DNA of 64,000 nt from Nemertoderma westbladi (Eukaryota; Animalia; Xenacoelomorpha): positions 1-64,000 of the forward strand of contig JAUCBJ010009045.1 of NCBI GenBank assembly GCA_032718475.1, in the 5' to 3' direction. The translations under genes and the position numbers were made by a program. The notes beneath the pieces are model-generated. The model had not been told where the DNA came from, searched no databases, and saw only the letters and a list, made by a program, of their open reading frames with translations. Shown here piece after piece: positions 1 to 11,200 of this stretch. Every line of letters begins with the position of its first letter. Position 1 is the stretch's first letter.

Positions 1-738
1 TTAAAACCACGTGCCACTGTAACCTGCCCTTTCCCTAAATTGAGAATTTAACATTGAGGCGGATATTAATTCGCCAAAGCGGGTTTGGCATCTAGCGAAC
101 GATAATTCTTGCAATCTTTGAACGCCTATATCTCAGATATTGTTACATATTTGGAATCCTTGCAACGCAAGCTTTCTAATGATATGATAAAATTACGACT
201 AATGTGAAGAATGGCCACAATATGGAGGGTACGATTTCGCAAAAGACACTTTTATAAAACGCCGATAAAAAAAATTTAAAGGCAAAATCGAAGATTCCCG
301 GCTTCCTGGGTCAACCACGGTGAGTTGAACTAGTTGTGTTTAAAATTTCAAGCAATGATAAAGATTTGTAGAAAAATCTGGGGGGGGGGGGGGGGTGGGG
401 TTCCGTGTCATTAGAAAATGACACTATATTAAGGGTCATGGTGTATGGACGCAATGGACTGCAACTGGACGCAATAAAGATTCATCCCTCTTCAGGGGAA
501 AGTCGACGCAAATAACAGATGATTACTCTCAAAAATAAAACTAACCTATTCTATTGTGCTTAGTTTATTGTTTTGGTTAAAATAACGTGCCACTCTAACC
601 TGCTCCATCCCCTAAATTGAGAATTTAACATTAAGGCGGGATATTAATTCGCCAAGGCGGGTTTGGCGTCCAGCTCCCCCCCCCCCCCCTGTCTCCTCCC
701 CTTAGTGTGTAATGAATAGCTTTTCATTCCCATTAATA

Positions 739-925
739 CGGTGGCCCGCAAGTGCCAGCGCTGCATTCACATACACCACATAATTTGCCTCTGAAATGTG
801 TGTGCAGAGCGGCTTGAAAATATCATGTCGCGGCATGATATTTTCATGCCGCTCCTACACACACATTTATGAGGAAAATCATGTGGTATGTATTTGAGTG
901 CAGCGCTGGCACTTGTGGGCCACCG
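739..925. mobile_element. Foldback MITE, near-perfect hairpin, TA-flanked (Tc1/mariner-type)
   Basis: TA|CGGTGGCCCGCAAGTGCCAGCGCTGCA ... TGCAGCGCTGGCACTTGTGGGCCACCG|TA. The arms pair over nearly the whole element. It lies about 160 bp upstream of the SelL ATG. Confidence 0.8.
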
Positions 926-1082
926 TACATTAAACTGTTGCTGTTGTTTTAACTATTTACATTAAGATTCAACGAGCACACGAGTGTTAGCAAGATTGAC
1001 ATCATACTGGTGAACGGTACGCGGTAGTTACGGTACACTGTGTGTGTACTGCTGTACTGCGCCTCTCTGGTCTGCATCTGCA

Positions 1083-1967
1083 ATGGATGATGTTTTAATA
1101 GTTGAATTAGATAAATTATACGATAGTATTGATGCGACACTCAAGACATTCGATAATTTATCCTCAACAGAACAACGTCAGCAAGTCGGCAAAATATTTA
1201 GTCTGCATTCAAAGTACGCCGACTGCCTGTCTGCGTGTGGATTTAAAACTCGCTCTAGTCTGGAGGAACACATTCAGAAGCGGTTTTCTAACTTGGAGAT
1301 TCAACGTGTTTTTAATAATTGGTTAGATATCGAAAGTGAATGGAACCACCTTTTGGCAGAAATTGAGAAAGAATTCGTCAGCGAAGTAGCCAATTCCCCA
1401 CTGGCCAAGGCAGGTGACACAATCCCTATGAACTTAACTTTAAAATATTGCAACGACCAACGCGAAATTATCGTCCAAGATTTACTCTCGGAAGTTTGTT
1501 CCAACAGCGATACGCGGTTTATTTGGTTGGTATTCCTACGCCATCTCGCTTGACTACCCTGACGAATGCATGTAGGTAGACTTATGTCCCGGGCAGGAGA
1601 CCTGGTGACTAAGTCTATCCGTGTAGTCATAGTTTCTTTTGCAACGCCCACCTGGGCACAACGTTGGGCTAGCGATGTTGGTTATTCCGGGGTTTTAGTC
1701 TGCGATACTGGCAGACAGCTGTACAACGCTTTGGGGCTGTATACCTCTAGCAAAGACACACTAAATGTCGAGTCTATTGTGTTTTACGCGGAACAGTTGG
1801 TTGTGGGCAATCCGCCTTTGCCGCCCTACCACGATAAGGACGACCCCTCGCAAATGGCAGGCGATTATATCGTTAACCGGTTTGGCGAGATATTTGTGGC
1901 CCATCCATGTCTGGCCGGGGTTCAAGATAGAGTGAATGTCGACTATGTTTTAAAGTCATTAGCATAA
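1083..1967 (+). CDS. SELENOL: Selenoprotein L (thioredoxin/AhpC-TSA-like fold, UxxU motif), 294 aa, intronless CDS, Sec at TGA 1551-1553 and 1560-1562
   Basis: ORFs 1044-1553 and 1566-1967 share a frame and are separated only by TGA CTA CCC TGA CGA, giving WLVFLRHLA-U-L-P-U-RMHV. This matches the SelL signature (LRHxxULPUxxH). The downstream part (VVIVSF, DTGRQLYNALGL, DDPSQMAGDYIVN) fits the AhpC-TSA_2/PRXL2 fold. First ATG at 1083; SECIS downstream. Confidence 0.92.
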
Positions 1968-2130
1968 TTTTTGTCTGGTTATTTCCAAAATGTCATTATT
2001 GCGTTTAATACCGTTCCGTTCAGCCGTTTCTTGGTTAGGCCTAGGCCTACCAAACTAGCAACGCGATGTGTAAGACATCTGGAAGGAAGGTTTGTGGCGT
2101 GACGTTACTGCAGCTCGTCCGGCCCTGGTT

Positions 2131-4416
2131 GGGGACTTTAGATCCCATGGGACTTTAGATTTCACCTCGTAAAAAACGAAAGTTTAGATCCCGGAGAAAT
2201 TACCTAACCCACCACTTTGCAACCTCACCCACCACTTTGCAACCACACCCACCACTTCGCAACCTCACCCACCACTTTGCAACCACACCCACCACTTTGC
2301 AACCTCACCCACTACTTCGTAACCTCACCCACCACTTCGTAACCTCACCCACCACTTTGCAACCACACCCACCACTTTGCAACCTCACCTACCACTTTGC
2401 AACCTCACCCACCACTTCGCAACCTCACCTACCACTTCGCAACCTCACCTACCACTTCGCAACCTCACCCACCACTTCGCAACCTCACCCACCACTTCGT
2501 AACCTCACCCACCACTTCGTAACCTCACCCACCACTTTGCAACCTCACCCACCACTTTGCAACCTCACCCACCACTTTGCAACCTCACCCACCACTTTGC
2601 AACCTCACCCACCACTTCGCAACCTCACCCACCACTTCGTAACCTCACCCACCACTTCGTAACCTCACCCACCACTTTGCAACCTCACCCACCACTTTGC
2701 AACCTCACCCACCACTTTGCAACCTCACCCACCACTTTGCAACCTCACCCACCACTTCGCAACCTCACCCACCACTTCGTAACCTCACCCACCACTTTGC
2801 AACCTCACCCACCACTTTGCAACCTCACCTACCACTTTGCAACCTCACCTACCACTTTGCAACCTCACCTACCACTTTGCAACCTCACCCACCACTTCGC
2901 AACCTCACCTACCACTTCGCAACCTCACCTACCACTTCGCAACCTCACCCACCACTTCGCAACCTCACCCACCACTTCGTAACCTCACCCACCACTTCGT
3001 AACCTCACCCACCACTTTGCAACCTCACCCACCACTTTGCAACCTCACCCACCACTTTGCAACCTCACCCACCACTTTGCAACCTCACCCACCACTTCGC
3101 AACCTCACCCACCACTTCGTAACCTCACCCACCACTTCGTAACCTCACCCACCACTTTGCAACCTCACCCACCACTTTGCAACCTCACCCACCACTTTGC
3201 AACCTCACCCACCACTTTGCAACCTCACCCACCACTTCGCAACCTCACCCACCACTTCGCAACCTCACCCACCACTTCGTAACCTCACCCACCACTTCGT
3301 AACCTCACCCACCACTTTGCAACCTCACCCACCACTTTGCAACCTCACCCACCACTTTGCAACCTCACCCACCACTTCGCAACCTCACCCACCACTTCGT
3401 AACCTCACCCACCACTTCGTAACCTCACCCACCACTTTGCAACCTCACCTACCACTTTGCAACCTCACCCACCACTTTGCAACCTCACCCACCACTTTGC
3501 AACCTCACCCACCACTTCGCAACCTCACCCACCACTTCGTAACCTCACCCACCACTTCGTAACCTCACCCACCACTTTGCAACCTCACCCACCACTTTGC
3601 AACCTCACCCACCACTTTGCAACCTCACCCACCACTTTGCAACCTCACCCACCACTTCGCAACCTCACCCACCACTTCGTAACCTCACCCACCACTTCGT
3701 AACCTCACCCACCACTTTGCAACCTCACCCACCACTTTGCAACCTCACCCACCACTTTGCAACCTCACCCACCACTTTGCAACCTCACCCACCACTTCGC
3801 AACCTCACCCACCACTTCGTAACCTCACCCACCACTTCGTAACCTCACCCACCACTTCGCAACCTCACCTACCACTTCGCAACCTCACCTACCACTTCGC
3901 AACCTCACCTACCACTTCGCAACCTCACCTACCACTTCGCAACCTCACCCACCACTTCGTAACCTCACCCACCACTTCGTAACCTCACCCACCACTTTGC
4001 AACCTCACCCACCACTTTGCAACCTCACCCACCACTTTGCAACCTCACCCACCACTTTGCAACCTCACCCACCACTTTGCAACCTCACCCACCACTTCGC
4101 AACCTCACCCACCACTTCGTAACCTCACCCACCACTTTGCAACCTCACCCACCACTTTGCAACCTCACCTACCACTTTGCAACCTCACCTACCACTTCGC
4201 AACCTCACCTACCACTTTGCAACATCACCCACCACTTTGCAACCTCACCTACCACTTCGCAACCTCACCCACCACTTTGCAACCTCACCCACCACTTCGC
4301 AACCTCACCCACCACTTTGCAACCTCACCTGGAACCTAACTCACCAATACGTGTACTTTGCCTAAATCTAACTGTTAATGAAATAATTTATAAATGGGAT
4401 CTAAAGTCATGTGCCC
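2131..4416. mobile_element. Non-autonomous element with short subterminal inverted repeats enclosing an expanded tandem array
   Basis: GACTTTAGATCCCAT (2134-2148) is inverted at ATGGGATCTAAAGTC (4394-4408). CCTAAC-type motifs flank the internal array. Exact ends are uncertain. Confidence 0.55.
2206..4330. repeat. 20-bp minisatellite (AACCTCACCCACCACTTTGC)n, about 105 copies, with a 140-bp higher-order pattern
   Basis: Read directly. Unit endings TTGC/TCGC/TCGT recur in a 7-unit cycle in the central part. Confidence 0.97.
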
Positions 4417-4767
4417 TACCGATAGCGGTAGACGCAGACATTGAAATGGCCATAACAAGGTGCGTTGTTCGATTATTATTTTATTTGAATTAAGTACAAA
4501 CTTTTCATATTTCGTTGTTTCTAATAGCTTGTGCCTTGTCCTTGTGGTGTATTTTTCGAATTCAAAAAATTTCACCAGTGGCTTTTTACATGGGTGACTA
4601 AATAATGAATCACTATTAATGTGTAATTACTAGCCAGTTAACATAATTCCGTAATACTTTAGTAATTATAGTAAATCAAACTTGTTTTGTATTTTCCTAT
4701 TTTGTCACTTTGTAGTGTATAGTTTTTTATAGTTTATCCAATTTTGCCCCCATTTAATATTGATTTT

Positions 4768-4841
4768 TATATTCTCTCTGATGACGTTGTCTGCTGAAAC
4801 TGACAGTAATTCAGATTGCTTATAACTGATTGGAGAGTATA
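4768..4841 (+). promoter_or_regulatory. Eukaryotic SECIS element (form 2) for the SelL mRNA
   Basis: Helix I TATATTCTCT(4768-77)/GGAGAGTATA(4832-41). Core A-TGAC(4781-85)/TGAT(4827-30) forms the non-Watson-Crick quartet with tandem G.A pairs. Helix II is 11 nt (GTTGTCTGCTG/TTGCTTATAAC, with three mismatches). Apical AAA at 4797-99 and mini-helix CTGA/TCAG. AATAAA follows at 4918-4923. Confidence 0.85.
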
Positions 4842-5221
4842 TGATTGTCTATTGTCGTTTAAGTGAATTTTGTTAATGTTAATTTGTTTCTGACATATTG
4901 TATGTTCGTTTAAATATAATAAATATGTGTTGGTTTAAGGTTAAAGCATACTCAATATCACTTTACTGATTGTATATATCCATTGGGATTGTTTGGCTAA
5001 TGGTAATATGTTGTTTTATAGGGTTCTAGTTTGGCAAGGAAAACACTCGTTCGTAAAATTAGTGAATAATATTCACCTTCCAAGTTGTAATAAAATTAAT
5101 AGCATTGCTGTCAAGTCCGTTGAGTTATTATTTATAAACAGCTAAACATTTATCAAAAACAACCAATTATCATTTATTTAACATTTTCATGAAAACGTTG
5201 ATTATAACTTGACTTGCCTGT

Positions 5222-8200
5222 ATGAGCGACTGTGTTGTGAGACTGATATCATCAGACGGGCCGGCAGTAACAAACCATGCGGCGTGTGTGATCAACAACT
5301 ATCTCTACGTCCACGGTGGGGTCATCCAAGGAAGGTCAACTGAACCTGTCTGCTGGTTCAGCCGGTTCAGTTTCGCGTCCAATGCTTGGGAGAACCTTTC
5401 TGGAATATCAGGTTGGCATTTGTAATTTAAATATAAATTTTATTATCTTTCACTCTATGATTTCATCTGGGATAATATTGACAACAACAATTTAGGATTG
5501 TGATGTTTATCCATCCATATCATATAATAATTAAAATGATTGACACCGATCAATTGTTGATAACTACTAGAAAACACATTAATTTTAAGATGGACAGCAT
5601 TATTATTGTAAGTTGGTAGTCGCTCATTCCTTTACCAACACGGTATTTATATTTTCTATCGATATATTTATTATGTATGCTGGACATTTTATACTCACCC
5701 ATATTTTGAATTAATATTTGATTAGGTTCACCCAAGTTGAGTCATCACGCAGTTTATAGCCAGTCGGATCGCTATTTAGTCGTTGTTGGTGGTTGGAACG
5801 GTAGAGCTCGGACCTCGTGCGTCTACGTCTTCGATACTTCGAATTCGAAGTGGCTCAATAATATTTCTACAACCGGGTTCCCTGTAGGAGCAGGTACGTC
5901 ATTGGCTAATCGTACAGGTACGTCATTGGTTAGTCGTACAGGTACGTCGTTGGCTAATCGTACAGGTACGTCATTGGCTAGTCGTACAGGTACGTCATTG
6001 GTTAATCGTACAGGTACGTCATTGGCTAATCGTACAGGTACGTCATTGGCTAGTCGTACAGGTACGTCATTGGCTAGTCGTACAGGTACGTCATTGGCTA
6101 GTCGTACAGGTACGTCATTGGCTAATCGTACAGGTACGTCATTGGCAAGTCGTACAGGTACGTCATTGGCTAGTCGTACAGGTACGTCATTGGCTAATCG
6201 TACAGGTACGTCATTGGCTAATCGTACAGGTACGTCATTGGCTAGTCGTACAGGTACGTCATTGGCTAATCGTACAGGTACGTCATTGGCTAATCGTACA
6301 GGTACGTCATTGGCTAATCGTACAGGTACGTCATTGGCTAATCGTACAGGTACGTCATTGGCTAGTCGTACAGGTACGTCATTGGCTAGTCGTACAGGTA
6401 CGTCATTGGCTAGTCGTACAGGTACGTCATTGGCTAGTCGTACAGGTACGTCATTGGCTAATCGTACAGGTACGTCATTGGCTAATCGTACAGGTACGTC
6501 ATTGGCTAGTCGTACAGGTACGTCATTGGCTAATCGTACAGGTACGTCATTGGCTAATCGTACAGGTACGTCATTGGCTAATCGTACAGGTGCGTCATTG
6601 GCTAGTCGTACAGGTACGTCATTGGCTAACCGTCCAGGTACGCCATTGGCTAATGAATCGTACAGGTACGCCATTGGCTAATCATACAGGTGCGTCATTG
6701 GCTAACCGTACAGGTACGTCAATGGCTAACCGTACAGGTACGTCAATGGCTAACCGTACGGGTAAATCATTGGCTAACCGTACAGGTACGCCATTGGCTA
6801 ATGAATCGTACAGGTACGCCATTGGCTAATAAATCGTACAGGTACGTCATTGGCTAACCGTACAGGTACGTCAATGGCTAACCGTACAGGTACGTCATTG
6901 GCTAATCGTACAGGTACATCATTGGCTAACCGTACAGGTACGCCATTGGCTAATGAATCGTACAGGTACGCCATTGGCTAATAAATCGTACAGGTACGTC
7001 ATTGGCTAACCGTACAGGTACGTCAATGGCTAACCGTACAGGTACGCCATTGGCTAATCGTACAGGTGCGTCATTGGCTAGTCGTACAGGTACGTCATTG
7101 GCTAACCGTACAGGTACGCCATTGGCTAATGAATCGTACAGGTACGCCATTGGCTAATCATACAGGTGCGTCATTGGCTAACCGTACAGGTACGTCAATG
7201 GCTAACCGTACAGGTACGTCAATGGCTAACCGTACAGGTAAATCATTGGCTAACCGTACAGGTACGCCATTGGCTAATGAATCGTACAGGTACGCCATTG
7301 GCTAATAAATCGTACAGGTACGTCATTGGCTAACCGTACAGGTACGTCAATGGCTAACCGTACAGGTACGTCATTGGCTAATCGTACAGGTACATCATTG
7401 GCTAACCGTACAGGTACGCCATTGGCTAATGAATCGTACAGGTACGTCATTGGCTAATCGTACAGGTACGTCATTGGCTAATCGTACAGGTGCGTCATTG
7501 GCTAGTCGTACAGGTACTTCATTGACTAACCGTACAGGTACGCCATTGGCTAATGAATCGTACAGGTACGCCATTGGCTAATCATACAGGTGCGTCATTG
7601 GCTAACCGTACAGGTACGTCAATGGCTAACCGTACAGGTACGTCAATGGCTAACCGTACAGGTAAATCATTGGCTAACCGTACAGGTACGCCATTGGCTA
7701 ATGAATCGTACAGGTACGCCATTGGCTAATAAATCGTACAGGTACGTCATTGGTAACCGTACAGGTACGTCAATGGCTAACCGTACAGGTACGTCATTGG
7801 CTAATCGTACAGGTACGTCATTGGCTAACCGTACAGGTACGCCATTGGCTAATGAATCGTACAGGTACGCCATTGGCTAATCATACAGGTGCGTCATTGG
7901 CTAACCGTACAAGTACGTCAATGGCTAACCGTACAGGTACGTCAATGGCTAACCGTACAGGTACGTCAATGGCTAACCGTACAGGTAAATCATTGGCTAA
8001 CCGTACAGGTACGCCATTGGCTAATGAATCGTACAGGTACGCCATTGGCTAATAAATCGTACAGGTACGTCATTGGCTAACCGTACAGGTACGTCATTGG
8101 CTAACCGTACAGGTACGTGATTTTTTCGTGATTTGACAAAGATTTTGCTGTTGTATTTGCCATCACGTTTGTAGTTGTAGATATATTGACGACTGTTGCA

Positions 8201-11200
8201 TCAGTTACCTGTAAATTAATGTTTATAAATGTATCAGTTTGTAAATTTAAATCGTAAATGTTACAAAGAAATAATTATAAAATAAACTATTTCATATGAT
8301 GGTGAAAAAAAGCAGGCCCGTAGCCAGGGGGGGTTCGTTGGTTCTAACGAACCGCCCTTTTGAGAAAAGTGCCCTTTTATACGAACACATGTTTGGGAAA
8401 TGTGCCCTTTTTATAATCACCTTTTTGAGAAATATTATCCTCACCTATTCGTAATAGTGTCCTTTCCGGCAAAGAAAATATTAAAGTTACATTAGCAGCT
8501 AGAACAGTTAGGATTCACATTATCCCAGCGCTACTGATGAGGCCTGTTAGGCCGAAACGTACGTATAGCGCTGGTTCAACCCCCGGTGACGCGCTTTCTC
8601 ATTTTTTCCACTTCTGAACAAAACCATTTAAATTATTCCAGTGCCAATTTGCTTTAAAAAGTACCCCACACATTTCGTATCGGGCTTCAGATTATCCACC
8701 ACCCCCACCCCCCCCGCCCTATTCCTACCTTAATTTGCTCTGGATAAACCAATGGATATTTGTCATTATTTAGACAAATTAAAAAAATGCAGTTTTTTGA
8801 AAAAAACGAACCGCCCTTTTAAAATCCTGGCTACGGGAGCTTGAAAAGTTGTATCAGTTAGATGTATTATTGGTTGCTGTTTGAGTGAGTAGTGGTTGGT
8901 TGAGATATCACTTCTATACCGGCTCATCTTTATTTCCCTCAACATTGAGTTTCACGAAATACCAGAATACATTATACACATTATAAAATAAATATTAAAA
9001 AACAAACAATACTACACCATGACCCGTATTACAGGGTGTTCGCCAGAATATGTTACGGTTTCATTCTTGAATGACTCTCCTGCGCTTTGACGAAGGTTGT
9101 TCGTTTTGGTTCCGATTGAAGGTCAGGGTGTATAGTCTTGGACTTTGGTGTAATGCCATCGTTGCCATAGCAGCGCTTTAAAATGAAAAGGTTCTAAAAA
9201 AAGGTTCAAACATTAGTTTGAATTAGTTACTGTTGTTAGGTACCAAGTTATATTCCAGACTGACTTATTTTACTATAACAAGTAGTAAGGTTGTGGTTGT
9301 TTTGCGGTTACTTTAAAATAGTCTTGTATAGGTTTCTATTTTCGTGTTATTTTCGTGGTTTTTTGTTGTTATTTTAATGGTGGGGTGGTGTAACAATGTT
9401 TACAGGTGATCAGAAAGTGTTTATAATCAAAACTTATTAGAGACTGGTTCATCTAAGCTAACTGCTTTACAGTTTGGCCATGAATATCCAAACCAATACA
9501 AAACCAAGGCTTAAGAAGGTCCAGGCTGTTGGTGGCTCCCACATCGAAGTATACTGACTTTTAGTCTATAGCTCCACTTTAATTTGTTTGTTTTAAACTA
9601 GTGAAATTCTCTAACTAACTGTTAAGGCATTTAAAAATGAAATTAATTAATTAGAATTAAAAAGCTTGAGTTAATGCAATATAGTGGTACTTATATTTAA
9701 TTGTCGAGCTGTGAAGTAAAAACCATCAAGGTTTTTACTTCACTGCTTGACAATTAAATAAAAGTACCACGAAATTAATTAACTTCGTATCAATATCATA
9801 TTAATATCACATTGATGATCATATCACAATAATGGATTGTTTTTAAGCGTGGCTATGGCAATGATGGCATTCGAGAACCACATCATGTTTTATACCAAAG
9901 TCAAAGTTTATATTCTGGGTTTCAATTGGAGCCGGAATGAACAATTTTCTTCAAAGTGCGGGGGAGTTATTGGGGAATCAAACCGTAGCGTGTTCTGACG
10001 AACACCCTGCATTTCCTGATGACACGGACCCCCCCCCCCCCAAATTTTTCTACAGATCTTTATCATATTGCTTGAAATTTGAAACACAACTAAATTTTAA
10101 TTACACTCACCGTCGATGTCCACATGAAGCCGGAATTTTCGATTTTGATTTCGGTAAATACACAAAATTCATTTTAGTTAGCATCATCATCCACTCCATT
10201 TAGCTTTTTATTTACATAATTTATAATTATATATGATATATATTGTATTACGTATTCTATATTTTATTTACCGTTACAAAGGTGTATATTTTCCTATCTC
10301 TTTTATCCGTTGGATAATTAAACGCTAATTATTATTATTAAATATACAACATTCTTGAAAAAAAAAAAAAAAAAAAACAGGTACATCATTGGCTAACCGT
10401 ACAGGTACGCCATTGGCTAATGAATCGTACAGGTACGCCATTGGCTAATCATACAGGTGCGTCATTGGCTAACCGTACAGGTACGTCAATGGCTAACCGT
10501 ACAGGTACGTCATTGGCTAGTCGTACAGGTACATCATTGGCTAACCGTACAGGTACGCCATTGGCTAATGAATCGTACAGGTACGCCATTGGATAATCAT
10601 ACAGGGGCGTCATTGGCTTACCGTACAGGTACGTCAATGGCTAACCGTACAGGTACGTCAATGGCTAACCGTACAGGTACATAATTGGCTAACCGTACAG
10701 GTACGCCATTGGCTAATGAATCGTACAGGTACGCCATTGGCTAATAAATCGTACAGGTACGCCATTGGCTAATCGCACAGGTACGTCATTGGCTAACCGT
10801 ACAGGTACGTCAATGGCTAACCGTACAGGTACGTCATTGGCTAATCGTACAGGTACATCATTGGCTAATCATACAGGTGCGTCATTGGCTAACCGTACAG
10901 GTACGTCATTGGCTAATCGCACATGTACGTCATTGGCTTACCGTACAGGTACGTCAATGGCTAACCGTACAGGTACGTCATTGGCTAATCATACAGGTAC
11001 ATCATTGGCTAACCGTCCAGGTACGCCATTGGCTAATGAATCGTACAGGTACGCCATTGGCTAATCGTACAGGTATGTCATTGGCTAACCGTACAGGTAC
11101 GCCATTGGCTAACCGTACAGGTACGTCATTGGCTAACCGTACAGGTACGTCATTGGATAATAGTACAGGTACGTTATTGGCTAATCGTAAAGGTACGTGG

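Noticed and set aside
1044-1967. Pseudogene or two separate genes
   Set aside because: Both stops are TGA at CxxC-equivalent positions, there are no other lesions, and a SECIS is present, so Sec recoding explains it better.
1968-2200. Proximal SECIS directly after the SelL stop
   Set aside because: I could not fold an RTGA..AA..GA core with supporting helices here by eye; the 4768-4841 candidate fits the consensus well.
2237-4493. His/Pro/Thr-rich overlapping ORFs
   Set aside because: Artefacts of the 20-bp satellite.
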